Shown one piece after another: positions 35,627 through 46,038 of a stretch of 64,000 nucleotides of DNA. Position numbers and translations under genes: made by a program. The notes beneath the pieces are model-generated. The model searched no databases. It was not told the DNA's origin and saw only the letters and a program-made list of their open reading frames with translations. Where the stretch lies: positions 1,935 to 65,934 of the forward strand of contig JAAVHF010000050.1 of the NCBI GenBank assembly GCA_014799845.1, given 5' to 3'. This DNA is from Oscillibacter sp. (GTDB lineage Bacteria; Bacillota; Clostridia; Oscillospirales; Oscillospiraceae). Position 1 is the stretch's first letter; the number at the start of each line of letters is the position of its first letter.

Positions 35627-36588
35627 CAGTAATGGACCCTCCGTTCTGTGAATTTCATCTGGAGTCCCGTCAGGAGCATGATGGCCGCCAGCAGGATAAC
35701 CGCCGCGGCGGACGCCAGGGATACGGCCCCGGTGTCGATGTAGCTCCCCAGCTTGTCGATGATGTACCCCACCAGGGTGATCATCATCTTCGAGTTGTCT
35801 CCCGCGGGGCCAAAGTCGTTGCCGAAGAGGGCAACCACCGCCGTATATGCCTTGAACGCCGTGATGCTGGATGTGATATATACATACAATATGGTAGGAG
35901 AGAGCAGGGGCAGCGTGATCTTTCGGAGCACCCGCCACCGACTCGTTCCATCCAGCCGCGCCGCCTGGTAGTACTGCTGGTTGATACCCTTCAATCCGCC
36001 CAAAAACAGGATAACCTTCAGGGACAGCCCGTTCCACATGGAGTAGCAGAAGAGGATAAACAGGCATCGGAGGTAGGACTGCGTATACAGCGCCGGATCA
36101 CCCGCAATCCCCTTGCCGGTGATCCAGGCCACCGGCTCGATCCCGAACCAGCCCAATACCATGTTGAGCAGGCCGTAGTTGTTATTGAAGATCAGCGCAA
36201 AGACGAAGCCTGCCGCGATGACGTTGGTCACCTGGGGGAGGTAGTACAGCGTGGCCAGCAGTTCCTGGAACCGTCTGGACGCGTTCAGCAGCAGCGCCAC
36301 CCCCAGCGAGAGAAGCATGGAGCAGGGAACGCACACAAAGCCCATAAAGAGCGTATTTTTGCAGGCCCGCAGAAACACGGGGTCATGAAAAATCTCTTTG
36401 TAGTGCTCCGCGCTGAACCGCAGGAAATCTCCGGTCAGGAATTTATAGTCATATTTGAAGGATGTGATGATGGTATTCACCGCGGGATAGATAACAAATG
36501 CCGCCATAAGGATAAAGGCCGGCAGGAGATAAATATAGGCGGTGCAGGTATAGCTCAGCGGCCTCCCCGCTTTCTTTTTCTTTACCAT
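35626..36588 (-). CDS. CUT1 ABC transporter permease (MalF/UgpA-like)
   Basis: It is polytopic with the EAA loop QAARLDGTSRWRVLRKITLP. Confidence 0.85.
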   Translation of the reverse strand: MVKKKKAGRPLSYTCTAYIYLLPAFILMAAFVIYPAVNTIITSFKYDYKFLTGDFLRFSAEHYKEIFHDPVFLRACKNTLFMGFVCVPCSMLLSLGVALLLNASRRFQELLATLYYLPQVTNVIAAGFVFALIFNNNYGLLNMVLGWFGIEPVAWITGKGIAGDPALYTQSYLRCLFILFCYSMWNGLSLKVILFLGGLKGINQQYYQAARLDGTSRWRVLRKITLPLLSPTILYVYITSSITAFKAYTAVVALFGNDFGPAGDNSKMMITLVGYIIDKLGSYIDTGAVSLASAAAVILLAAIMLLTGLQMKFTERRVHY

Positions 36589-37712
36589 TGCGCCAGCTTC
36601 CCCCCTGCCTCATCAAAGAGGATCGTCCCATTTGGCACGGCGCTGAGGAAAACCGTATCTCCCACGCCGGCAGGGTTACCGTAGTCCTGCACCAGCTTCA
36701 CCTCGCCTCCGCCATCCAGCCGCGCCGTCACCGCCGTCGCGCCGCCCAGTCGGGATACCGAGAGAATCTCAGCCTTCATGCCGCCTGCCTGCCGTGAGAA
36801 ACGGAAGCACTCGCTCCTGACGCCCACGCGGACAGGCTGGTCCTCCACGCCGCCCGGGACGCTTTGCCACACCTTTCCGTTGACCAGCAGGCTGCCGCCT
36901 TTCACCTCGCCATCGAAAATATTGATGGGCGGACTGCCCAGGAACTGCGCCACAAATTGGTTGGCCGGCGCGTCAAATACGCTCTGTGGCTCGCCCACCT
37001 GCTGCAGCACGCCATCCTTGATGACCACGATCTCATCGCAGATGGACAGCGCCTCCTCCTGGTCGTGGGTCACGAAGACAGTGGTGATGCCGGTCTTTCG
37101 CTGAATCTTCCGCAGCTCCTCCCGGGTCTGGAGGCGGAGCCGCGCATCCAGGTTGCTCAAAGGCTCGTCCAGCAGGAGGATTCTGGGTTTCTTCACCAGC
37201 GCCCTGGCGATGGCCACCCTCTGCTGCTGGCCGCCGGAAAGCTCGGACGGCTTGCGGTCCAGATAGTCCTGGATCTCCACCAGTTCCGCCGCTTCCCTGA
37301 CCTGCAGGGCGACAAACTTTTTGTAGTTGAGTTTGGCGCCATTGGCCCGGTTATAATCCTCCATCTCCGCGGTAAACTGCTTTTTGATGTCTTTGGAGTT
37401 CACCAGGGGGAAAGCAATGTTGTCATAAACAGACAGGTGGGGATACAGCGCATAATTCTGAAACACCATGCCGACGCCCCGCTTCTCCGGGGGCAGCGCG
37501 GTGACGCACTCCTCTCCAAACCAGATGTTGCCTTCTGTCAGGTTATGGATGCCGGCGATCATGTAAAGGGACGTTGTTTTGCCGCAGCCGGACGGCCCCA
37601 GAAATCCCACCAGCTTTCCTGACGGAATAACGACATTCAGGTTATTTACCGCCGTTACGGTTCCGTGCTTGCTGTCAAATCGCTTTGACACGTTTTCAAA
37701 TCGAACCTGCAT
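36582..37712 (-). CDS. sugar-type ABC transporter ATP-binding protein (MsmK/UgpC/MalK-like)
   Basis: Motifs: Walker [10 protein letters not shown], signature LSGGQQQRV, Walker B LLLDEPLS, and a C-terminal TOBE-like domain. The start is at MQVRFENV (ATG 37712). Confidence 0.9.
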   Translation of the reverse strand: MQVRFENVSKRFDSKHGTVTAVNNLNVVIPSGKLVGFLGPSGCGKTTSLYMIAGIHNLTEGNIWFGEECVTALPPEKRGVGMVFQNYALYPHLSVYDNIAFPLVNSKDIKKQFTAEMEDYNRANGAKLNYKKFVALQVREAAELVEIQDYLDRKPSELSGGQQQRVAIARALVKKPRILLLDEPLSNLDARLRLQTREELRKIQRKTGITTVFVTHDQEEALSICDEIVVIKDGVLQQVGEPQSVFDAPANQFVAQFLGSPPINIFDGEVKGGSLLVNGKVWQSVPGGVEDQPVRVGVRSECFRFSRQAGGMKAEILSVSRLGGATAVTARLDGGGEVKLVQDYGNPAGVGDTVFLSAVPNGTILFDEAGGKLAQW

Positions 37713-37717
37713 ATCAG

Positions 37718-39745
37718 TCAGCACCCCTTTTCCACGATAATGTTTTTAGGATACTCATCCCAGACGGTTTTCCGGCTCCTGAAATATTGCAGCATCAGCT
37801 CACGGACGTTTTTGTTGTGATAGGTCAGCGCTCCTCCGTCCGGGAAACGGAAACCGAAGGGGTTGGCAGCCAGATAGTCCTCAATGACCACGGAATACTC
37901 CTCATCCATCCGAAGGGGAGAGCCGTCCTCCTCCTGGATATTTAATACCCGGTGCAGGAAGGGCCGGGTCGGATCGATCGTCACGATCAGCCCGCCGACG
38001 GCAAGGGGCGACGCGCCATCCTCCTTCAGGGTCCGCATTCCGATATTGATATTTTCCCAGATCTGGGCGCCTGTCATCCGGGTGGTCACCAGGATGTTGG
38101 CAAAGGAATACGCCTTGTAAAAATCATACAGCGTCACCGGCCCTTTGCGGAATCCCGCGCCGCCAATGCGGCCGGCGTACGTCATGGCAACCTGGCAGCC
38201 GGCAGCCTGGCGCATCACGTCAACAGCCAGCTTGGACAGCGGCGTCCCGGTCAGAGGCAGGGAAAAATCCTCCATATTCCGGTTATGGATGTCCTCCTCC
38301 GCCGTAAAAACGATCTCCTGCATCTTAGGCTCTGCCGCCCGATAGTAGGATTCCGTCATGCCGCGCATCCGGGGATCTTCCGCATAGAGGGCGTGGGAAC
38401 CGCTGATGTCGTATGTCAGCGGAACAACGCTTAAAAGGCCGCGCGTGTCATCGAAAGTGAGTTTCAAAACAGCAAAGCCCTGTCCCCTGCTGCCGCCCTG
38501 GACCACAGCCGTCCGGCCGCGGGTCAGCTGGAGGAACCGATGGAAATGGGCGGTAAATATTCCGTCAAGGGCGGGGACCTTTCCCAGCGTGCCCAGCGCC
38601 TCCTCCCCATCCAGCAGGCCGTCCCCCAGCTCCCGCAGGCCAAGATGGGTCAGGGCGATGATGGCGTCCAGCCTGCCTCTCCGCTTTTCCTCCTGAAGGA
38701 GGGCGGCGTATCGGGCCATAGCCTCCGCCGGGTCGGTCAGGGTATAGGCCGCCCAGCTGTCGGGATGATCCGGTCCCGGGAGCTGCTCCACGGTGCACAG
38801 GCCCACCAGGGCAATCCGGTACCCGTTTATGGAAATGATCTCATAGGGCCTGACAAACCCGGGAATTTTGCCGGTTTCCGCATGAATCAGATTGGCCGCC
38901 AGCAGAGGGATGTTTTCCCGTTGGGACCAGCCGCTCACCACGTCTACGGGAGAATCCAGATCATGGTTGCCCAGGACCGAAGCCCGGGTTCGGAGCAGCT
39001 TCATCATGTCCAGCACGGGCTTCCCATCGAAGAGGTCGGAAACCGGTTCACCAAAGCAGTTGTCTCCGCCAAAAACCACCGCCGTTTCCTCATGCCGCTC
39101 CACATATTCCCTGACAGCGGTCACAAACCGGGCGGCGCCCAAGTCGGTGTCGGTCTCCTGAAGGGACCCGTGAAAATCGTTGACGCACAGAAGCCGGACG
39201 CGGCCGCGTTCCCTCCCGGCGGACAGCCGGTAGGACGCGATTTTCCGGAAGGACGGCTTCCTCGCACCGGGAAGCACCTGCCACAATTGAAATTCCTGGA
39301 CTTCCCAGGCCTTTCCGGCCAGCGGCGCGGCCATCCGCGCCAGCTCCGCCGCGTCAAAAGGCTGTGCCGTATAAGACAGGGTGATATGCGGAATAAAGCT
39401 GTCAGGACGCCGAAAGGGGATGTCCGACAACGCCTCTGAAATGACGGCCCTTAGCTTTGCCAAATGGTTTCCCTGGTCATCAACAGCCTGCCAAATGACA
39501 TTTGTCTTTTCGTCTGGCCGGACAAAAGAGTTGATTTGCGCATAATGAATGCAAAAGGAGGGGTAACATACCTCGCTCAGCCGTTCCGCAATCTCGTTTA
39601 CACAATCGGTTTCACCAATGTAGTGCAGGGTTATATGCAGATCATCCGGATGTTCGGCAGGATGTTCCGGCAGAGCGGATTCTGTAAATCCCACAAGCTT
39701 CTCCGCGGAAGGCTTCTCCAGTCCGATGGCCACAAATAATTCCAT
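37718..39745 (-). CDS. fusion protein: N-terminal 2H phosphoesterase (LigT / 2',3'-cyclic phosphodiesterase-like) plus calcineurin-type metallophosphatase with a 5'-nucleotidase C-terminal domain (UshA/CpdB/YfkN-like); no signal peptide
   Basis: There are two HxT/S motifs (HITLHY, HITLSY) in the first ~170 aa. Then come VNDFHG, GGDN, GNHD and THLG, followed by a 5'-nucleotidase_C-like tail. Confidence 0.8.
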   Translation of the reverse strand: MELFVAIGLEKPSAEKLVGFTESALPEHPAEHPDDLHITLHYIGETDCVNEIAERLSEVCYPSFCIHYAQINSFVRPDEKTNVIWQAVDDQGNHLAKLRAVISEALSDIPFRRPDSFIPHITLSYTAQPFDAAELARMAAPLAGKAWEVQEFQLWQVLPGARKPSFRKIASYRLSAGRERGRVRLLCVNDFHGSLQETDTDLGAARFVTAVREYVERHEETAVVFGGDNCFGEPVSDLFDGKPVLDMMKLLRTRASVLGNHDLDSPVDVVSGWSQRENIPLLAANLIHAETGKIPGFVRPYEIISINGYRIALVGLCTVEQLPGPDHPDSWAAYTLTDPAEAMARYAALLQEEKRRGRLDAIIALTHLGLRELGDGLLDGEEALGTLGKVPALDGIFTAHFHRFLQLTRGRTAVVQGGSRGQGFAVLKLTFDDTRGLLSVVPLTYDISGSHALYAEDPRMRGMTESYYRAAEPKMQEIVFTAEEDIHNRNMEDFSLPLTGTPLSKLAVDVMRQAAGCQVAMTYAGRIGGAGFRKGPVTLYDFYKAYSFANILVTTRMTGAQIWENINIGMRTLKEDGASPLAVGGLIVTIDPTRPFLHRVLNIQEEDGSPLRMDEEYSVVIEDYLAANPFGFRFPDGGALTYHNKNVRELMLQYFRSRKTVWDEYPKNIIVEKGC

Positions 39746-39754
39746 TTTCTACTC

Positions 39755-40537
39755 CTAATCTGTCCAATATTCCGCGACGACCTTATCCAATACGCTCTTC
39801 TGTCTGGCGGCAATCACGTTTGTCTTCGCGTCCAGGGGCAGCGCGTCGTTTTCCCAGGTACGAATCTCTCCCCCGGACTCCTCCAGAATAATTCTGGCCG
39901 CATTATGGTCCCACGGACAAGAGCATCCGGCGATAAATAAATCCGCTTCTCCCGCGGCCAATGCGCACAATTCCAGGGCGACAGAGCCCAGAGACCGAAC
40001 CGCCCGCACATCCCTGGCCAACCGCCGCATACCGCTGCGAAGAGGGTGCGCGTCAATCAGCGTTGCCTGTATGATTGGCGTATACAGGAGCATCTCTTCC
40101 AACGCGGTACGTTTTCCGCATTCCAGCCGGTCGTTGTTGCAGAAGGCCCCCCGGCCCACCTGGGCATGATACATCCTGTTTTCCGCAACGTCGTACACAA
40201 CACCAAAAGCCGGCTTTCCGTTGTGGTAACACCCAAGGGATATGGCGTAATTTTTTCGCTGATTAACAAAATTGGTGGTTCCGTCGATCGGGTCCACATA
40301 CCATATCCAGTCCCCGCTGTCCGGATGTTTCATTTCCTCGCCGATAATGCCATCCGAAGGGAATGCGGTCAGAATCTCTCCCGAGAGATATGTTTCTATC
40401 TGTTTGTCATACTTTGACACAATGTCGGAATGTCCGTTTTTTTCTTCAAATTCAATTTGGGAAGTATTGTGTGGCGGGATAATTTTTCCTGCTTCGCGAA
40501 CGATTTCAACCGCCAATCCATACCTGGAATACTCCAT
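39755..40537 (-). CDS. inositol-monophosphatase-family phosphatase (SuhB/CysQ-like)
   Basis: Motifs: IIGEE, WYVDPIDGTTNF, CPWD. Confidence 0.85.
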   Translation of the reverse strand: MEYSRYGLAVEIVREAGKIIPPHNTSQIEFEEKNGHSDIVSKYDKQIETYLSGEILTAFPSDGIIGEEMKHPDSGDWIWYVDPIDGTTNFVNQRKNYAISLGCYHNGKPAFGVVYDVAENRMYHAQVGRGAFCNNDRLECGKRTALEEMLLYTPIIQATLIDAHPLRSGMRRLARDVRAVRSLGSVALELCALAAGEADLFIAGCSCPWDHNAARIILEESGGEIRTWENDALPLDAKTNVIAARQKSVLDKVVAEYWTD

Positions 40538-40615
40538 GAAATTCCTCCCAGTACACCAATAAAAGTCTTACCTTTCGCATCCATATGCAAAGGCCGATTC
40601 TGTGTTGCTGGTTGT

Positions 40616-40644
40616 ATTATAAAGGCGGAATACAAATCTGTCAA
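40616..40644 (-). promoter_or_regulatory. consensus sigma-70 promoter of the phosphoesterase/ABC operon
   Basis: The minus strand reads TTGACA, exactly 17 nt, TATAAT. It lies about 75 nt upstream of the IMPase-family start. Confidence 0.6.
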
Positions 40645-40675
40645 CAATTTTTAACTAAATTTTTACTTAATATCT

Positions 40676-40689
40676 GTTTTGTACAAAAC
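40676..40689. promoter_or_regulatory. perfect 14-bp palindrome GTTTTGTACAAAAC (candidate operator for the adjacent LacI-family regulator)
   Basis: It is self-complementary. It lies between the LacI gene stop (40786) and the promoter, about 32 nt upstream of the -35. Confidence 0.35.
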
Positions 40690-40785
40690 GGAAAGAAAAA
40701 AACTCACAAAATGCACAAATCCCCGTCATTCAGGCAGAGGCGGCTGCGCATAGTCTGCCGCTTTGCCGGAATAACGGGGATGTTG

Positions 40786-41799
<1,014 letters not shown>

Positions 41800-42094
41800 T
41801 TATTCTATAGGTAGCGGGGGAAACTCTAACTAAATGCCCACTAGGCTGTCCTGAATGCTGGTACAACAGGGATAATGGGGGCAAGGGGGGTAGGAACGGA
41901 ACAGCAAATCTGTACAGATATCAAACATGGATGCCGGGAAAGAAAACAAATCGGGAAAATTTCTGGAATAGCGGAGGAAATCATTCTGGGAGAGGGGTGG
42001 ATTTCTATCACTGCCCCGTTCTGCCTCAGCGGTAATCGTGAACGTCACAAATGGCGGTCGAGAAGATGCTGCGAATGTACCTACTTCAGATTTA

Positions 42095-42265
42095 ATTAAG
42101 AGCCTATCCGCAAATAGTCCGCACACGGCTTGCTTGCATCTTTTCCGCCAAACTTCGTTGCTTTTCCTTGCCGGACGACAAGCCCGCCTGCGGAAAAGCG
42201 CCTCGCCTGGCGGAAAATCTGACGGCGCAATCTGCGCACGTCCTATTTACGGATAGGCTCTTAAT
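42095..42265. repeat. 171-bp element with 23-bp terminal inverted repeats (1 mismatch) and internal self-complementarity; MITE-like or structured RNA
   Basis: attaagagcctatccgcaaatag (42095-42117) pairs with ctatttacggataggctcttaat (42243-42265). Internal ttttccgcc/ggcggaaaa and gcttttcc/ggaaaagc pairs extend the hairpin. Confidence 0.6.
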
Positions 42266-42672
42266 CTGTCTGACCCTACAGCGTACAGCGGGAGATATAT
42301 TGATATGAAAAAAGGCTGCATAACATTACTTTATTATATAGCAGGCAATGGTTTCCAATATGACTTCAGTATACCACATCCGTATCAAGATGAAAAGAAA
42401 TTTCTCCAATAGTTCAAAAATTGCACCGCTGTAAGCAAATATCACGCAGGAGTCCCGCCCCACGAGGGACGAAAACGGATTGGTGTAGGGACGTGGTATA
42501 ACGGGGAGGACGGTACAAGGCCGGTTTTTCTTTGCCGCAAAAAGCGCGCTAAACAAATTGGCAATATGCTCTCCTTTTGAACCACAAATTGTCCCGCCCA
42601 GACAGAGCAGAAGGACGCATAGTAAAGTGAAGCATTAGGAGAGCACACCGTAACAACGTATGAGGAGGTCCA

Positions 42673-43073
42673 ATGATAGAAGTTGTCTATCGGTGTTGTT
42701 GTGGGATTAACGTGCACAAATCTCTTATTGTGGCATGCTTACGAACAGACGGTAGCGGGAGTTGCGGGAGTTTGGCACAATGACCCGCGAAATCAAGGAG
42801 CTGGCCCACTGGCTGACAGAGGCGGGCTGCGAGATGGCCGCTATGGAGAGCACAGGGCTGTATTGGAAGCCGCTGTACAACCTGTTCGAGCCGATGGGTC
42901 TGGATGCCATGATCGTCAACACGGCCCATATGAAAGCAGTGCCCAGGCGCAAGACTGACGTAAAAGATGCGGAATGGATTGCGGACCTGCTCCAGCATGG
43001 ACTTTTGCGGGCCAGCTTTGTCCCCAGCCGGGAACAGAGGGAGCTGCGGGAACTGACCCGTTACCGTAAAAGC
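42673..43073 (+). pseudogene. IS110-family transposase, N-terminal DEDD domain only, frameshifted and truncated
   Basis: MIEVVYRCCCGINVHKSLIVACL, then a frame break, then FGTMTREIKELAHWL..MESTGLYWKPLYNLFE..VNTAHMKAVPRRKTDVKDAEWIADLLQHGLLRASFVPSREQRELRELTRYRKS. The homology stops abruptly there. Confidence 0.7.
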
Positions 43074-43225
43074 GGGCGGTACTCCCCTATCTGGCCGAAT
43101 GGCAAAAAGCATGCCAGAAACGCCTACGCCCACAGCGAGGCAGAGTGCGAAACGCTGCTGGCGGAAATGATTCTTGAGATGAAAGCAGAGATTTCTGCCG
43201 AGAAGGAGCGGATAAAAACTGCGCC
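43074..43225 (+). pseudogene. possible fragment of a tyrosine-integrase N-terminal DNA-binding domain, fused in frame to the IS110 fragment
   Basis: GRYSPIWPNGKKHARNAYAHSEAECETLLAEMILEMKAEI resembles the '...GK.K..s.YgkT..Eae..L.em...i' pattern of conjugative-transposon integrases. Confidence 0.3.
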
Positions 43226-43411
43226 CAAAGCAAGTAAAAAAACACGCCGTCCATCGGAAGAGAAATTACTCCGGTGGACAGTTTTTCTCTGTCTGCGGCT
43301 GGTACGGGACATCGGAGAGGCGGTGGACTTCGGCGTCACCTACGATGCCGCTACCAACACCGTCACCATCAGTCCTGGCAAGCCCTACGAAACGGAGGCG
43401 ACCACGCCTGC

Positions 43412-43588
43412 AATCCTATTGAGCAGATTTGGAAAGAAATCAGGAAATTGGGATTCAAAAATGAGGTGTTTGCCTCGTTGGATAAGGTTATTCTGCGTCT
43501 CTGTGACTCTATTTGCTCCCTCTCTTGTAACCTTATCGCCCATATTACGGGTAGACCTTGGATTTTAAACAGTTTAATTAGTGATTAG
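43412..43588 (+). pseudogene. C-terminal fragment of an IS630-family (DDE_3) transposase
   Basis: NPIEQIWKEIRKLGFKNEVFASLDKVILRLCDSICSLS...ITGRPWI is the typical end of IS630-type transposases. There is no upstream catalytic body. Confidence 0.5.
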
Positions 43589-43599
43589 TATAACGCCCC

Positions 43600-43835
43600 C
43601 TTCTGCCCGTGATATTAGCACAATAAATATCCCCCGGCAAAGCCGGGGGTATTTCATATGCGGGCGAAGCCCTATGATACTAGCGAGCGCGTCCCGCCGC
43701 GCAAGTACGATCTGCCAGCCGCGAGAGATTTGTTATCTGCTACCCGTAAACGGGTTTATTAGAAGTTCCCCATCGTCAGCTGTTCTCCGGCCTTGTCCTC
43801 ATCTAACTGGTGCCGGATATATTCCTCCATAAAGC
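43600..43835 (-). mobile_element. right-end remnant of an IS200/IS605 element: the last ~23 codons of TnpA plus downstream hairpins
   Basis: The minus-strand ORF at 43759-43830, MEEYIRHQLDEDKAGEQLTMGNF, parallels the IS200 TnpA tail ..DYIKHQLEEDKMGEQLS. Hairpins are acccg-ttta-cgggt and cccccggc-aaa-gccggggg (43631-43649). The latter could also serve as the terminator of the GH112 operon. Confidence 0.5.
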
Positions 43836-43863
43836 TTCCTGATACCGGCAAATGGGCGGGCGG

Positions 43864-46026
43864 TCAGATCTCATACCACAGGATCTCATTGGCCGCCATA
43901 TCCAGGCGGAAGCTTCCGCCATCGGTATAGACGGTGGTGGACTGGGGCTCGTAAGTATTGTTCACGACACAGAATTTACCGCTCTGGAGGAAGGCGTGGA
44001 CCTCTACGTTGAAATTGGAGGAGAACCACTTGTGCAGCTCCGCCTCTCCGCGGGCGCTCCAGAGAATAGCGCGGTAAAGCAGGCGGCTGTTCTCAAAGGT
44101 ATAGGGCAGGCCGGAAAGATAAACCGCCCGGCCCTCGCCGAACCGGTTGACCGCCAGCTGCACTTCCTTCTCCCGCTGGACCAGGATTTCTGTGCCGGGG
44201 AGGGCATACATGCTCTTTTTCCCCTCACCGAAATCCACCGGTCCGGTGCAGTCCGCCAGCAGGAAGTGGTCCGGATGCTCCTCCCAGTTGTACTTGTCAT
44301 AGCCCAGGGTGAAGCCCGTCTCCTTCTCCACGCCCAGCACAGAGGCCAGCTGCAAATACCGTCCCTGATACTGGTGCCCGGAAGGCTCGCCTACGCCGAT
44401 GAAGCCGCCGCCGTTCCAGACAAACCGCTTTACCATCGCCGTGACCTCCGGGTCCTCCCAGACCGCGCCGCCGGTATGGGCCGTGTCGCCGTCGCCCACG
44501 TTGATGAGCACATCCACACCGTCCAGCACATGTGGATCGGCTTTGAGATCGTCAAAGCTGATGAACTTCACGTCAAAGGGCGCGCCGGACAGGGCCTCAA
44601 TCACCCCGGCGTAGGAATAATTCTGCTTCTGGTAGAGCGCGTGGTGGACCATGTGGCACCCCCAGGAGCGGGCTCTGCCCCAGCTGTTGAGCACCGCTAC
44701 GGTCTTTACGCAATAGGGCGTGCCGCCGTCAATGTTGGCGTACAGCTCCCGGAACTCCTTGCAGACGCTCTCCACGTAGTCGATGAACTCCGGGAACCGG
44801 CAGGCCAGCTTCAGGTAGCCGCCATAGCCGATGCGGTCAATGGGCTTGCGGAGGATGGCCCGGCGGGCGGTGACCCAGTTCTCCTTGGCCTCCCGGACGG
44901 GGTCGCCTCCCTCGTGGAAGGTGTCGGGGAAGAAGTAGGGCAGGAACCGTCCCTCGGTGTACTTCACGCCGGGGATATCCGAAATGAGCCGCAGAGTGGA
45001 CCCGTTGCCCACGCTGCCCACCACCGCGTCCAGGCCGATGGAGGCAAATTCCGGCATGTAGGGCTCGGTGCCGATGAAATGGTCACCCAGGAACATCATC
45101 GCTTCCTTGCCCAGCTCGTGGGTGATGTCCACCATCTCTTTGGCCAGCTTCGCCACTTCCCGGCGCTGGAAGGCCATAAAGTCCTTGAATTCCTTGCTGG
45201 GCACCCGGTACTGGTTGTTGTAATATCCCTGGTCAATGATGAACTCAGGCCGGAATTTGCAGCCAGCCTCTTTCTCAAACTGCTCCAGGATATACGGGGA
45301 CACGGAGGCGGAATAGCCGTACCAATCCACGTACTTCTCCCGCTTCAGTTCGTCAAATACCAGCGTGAACTGATGGAAAAAGGTGGTATACCGGATCACG
45401 TCTACATAGGGGTGGTCCGCGATGAATTTCCGCAGCCGCTCCATGGTGAACTTGTGGGTTTTGGGCTGGCGGACGTCGAAAGTGATCTGGTGCTCGAAGT
45501 CCTTCCAGTCGTTGGTGACGGCGTTGTACATATGGACCGGGTCCCAGATGAGATAGGCCAGGAAGCTGACGGTATAGTCGTGAAACGCCGCCGGCGTGTC
45601 AATGACCACACAGCCGGAGTCCGCATCATACCGCCAGTCCTCCGGGAGCAGCGGCTCCCCGGCGGTGCGGTCCATGACCTCCCACCAGCGCTTGATGTCG
45701 TCCCGGGTGTTGACCTCCAGCAGTTCGCCGCTGATCCCCTGCATCAGAGGAATGGACAGCGCCCCGCCGGAAGCGGTGTGAAACCCCGTCATAATATAGC
45801 ACTGCTGCACCTCGTCGGGATTGGCCTTGGCCCAGGCGTTGTCCTTGCGGGTGGTGTAGTAGGTGGAGTAGACTTTCGCGTCTACGCTTTTCAGCTCTTC
45901 GGGATAGTCGGTGCCGTCGCAGTCCCGGATGGCGTCCGCGCCCCAGCGCTTTACCAGCTCCAGGGTCTCAGGCACCACGTCCACATCCGTGGGGATGGTG
46001 ACGCGTCCAGATTGTTGTTTCTCCAT
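43864..46026 (-). CDS. GH112 1,3-beta-galactosyl-N-acetylhexosamine phosphorylase (galacto-N-biose / lacto-N-biose I phosphorylase)
   Basis: GRVTIPTD...ELVKRWGADAIRDCDGTDYPEEL matches the characteristic N-terminus of LNBP/GnpA enzymes. At 720 aa the length is as in the family. Confidence 0.85.
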   Translation of the reverse strand: MEKQQSGRVTIPTDVDVVPETLELVKRWGADAIRDCDGTDYPEELKSVDAKVYSTYYTTRKDNAWAKANPDEVQQCYIMTGFHTASGGALSIPLMQGISGELLEVNTRDDIKRWWEVMDRTAGEPLLPEDWRYDADSGCVVIDTPAAFHDYTVSFLAYLIWDPVHMYNAVTNDWKDFEHQITFDVRQPKTHKFTMERLRKFIADHPYVDVIRYTTFFHQFTLVFDELKREKYVDWYGYSASVSPYILEQFEKEAGCKFRPEFIIDQGYYNNQYRVPSKEFKDFMAFQRREVAKLAKEMVDITHELGKEAMMFLGDHFIGTEPYMPEFASIGLDAVVGSVGNGSTLRLISDIPGVKYTEGRFLPYFFPDTFHEGGDPVREAKENWVTARRAILRKPIDRIGYGGYLKLACRFPEFIDYVESVCKEFRELYANIDGGTPYCVKTVAVLNSWGRARSWGCHMVHHALYQKQNYSYAGVIEALSGAPFDVKFISFDDLKADPHVLDGVDVLINVGDGDTAHTGGAVWEDPEVTAMVKRFVWNGGGFIGVGEPSGHQYQGRYLQLASVLGVEKETGFTLGYDKYNWEEHPDHFLLADCTGPVDFGEGKKSMYALPGTEILVQREKEVQLAVNRFGEGRAVYLSGLPYTFENSRLLYRAILWSARGEAELHKWFSSNFNVEVHAFLQSGKFCVVNNTYEPQSTTVYTDGGSFRLDMAANEILWYEI

Positions 46027-46038
46027 AGCGTTTCCCTC

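Noticed and set aside
34802-36067. The 421-aa version of the permease ORF. N-terminally extended track ORFs also occur at 2472, 6630, 9636, 10382, 11719, 29999, 30727, 31196, 53467-54645 and 57274.
   Set aside because: The extensions overlap the preceding gene in another frame and lack RBSs. Internal starts with an RBS or an ATGA overlap give proteins that begin where the families normally begin.
42762-43568. A 268-aa ORF that could be taken for an intact transposase.
   Set aside because: Only residues 1-104 resemble IS110 transposases, and they lack the true N-terminus, which sits in another frame at 42673. The rest switches to unrelated integrase-like and other sequence. No C-terminal IS110 domain is present.
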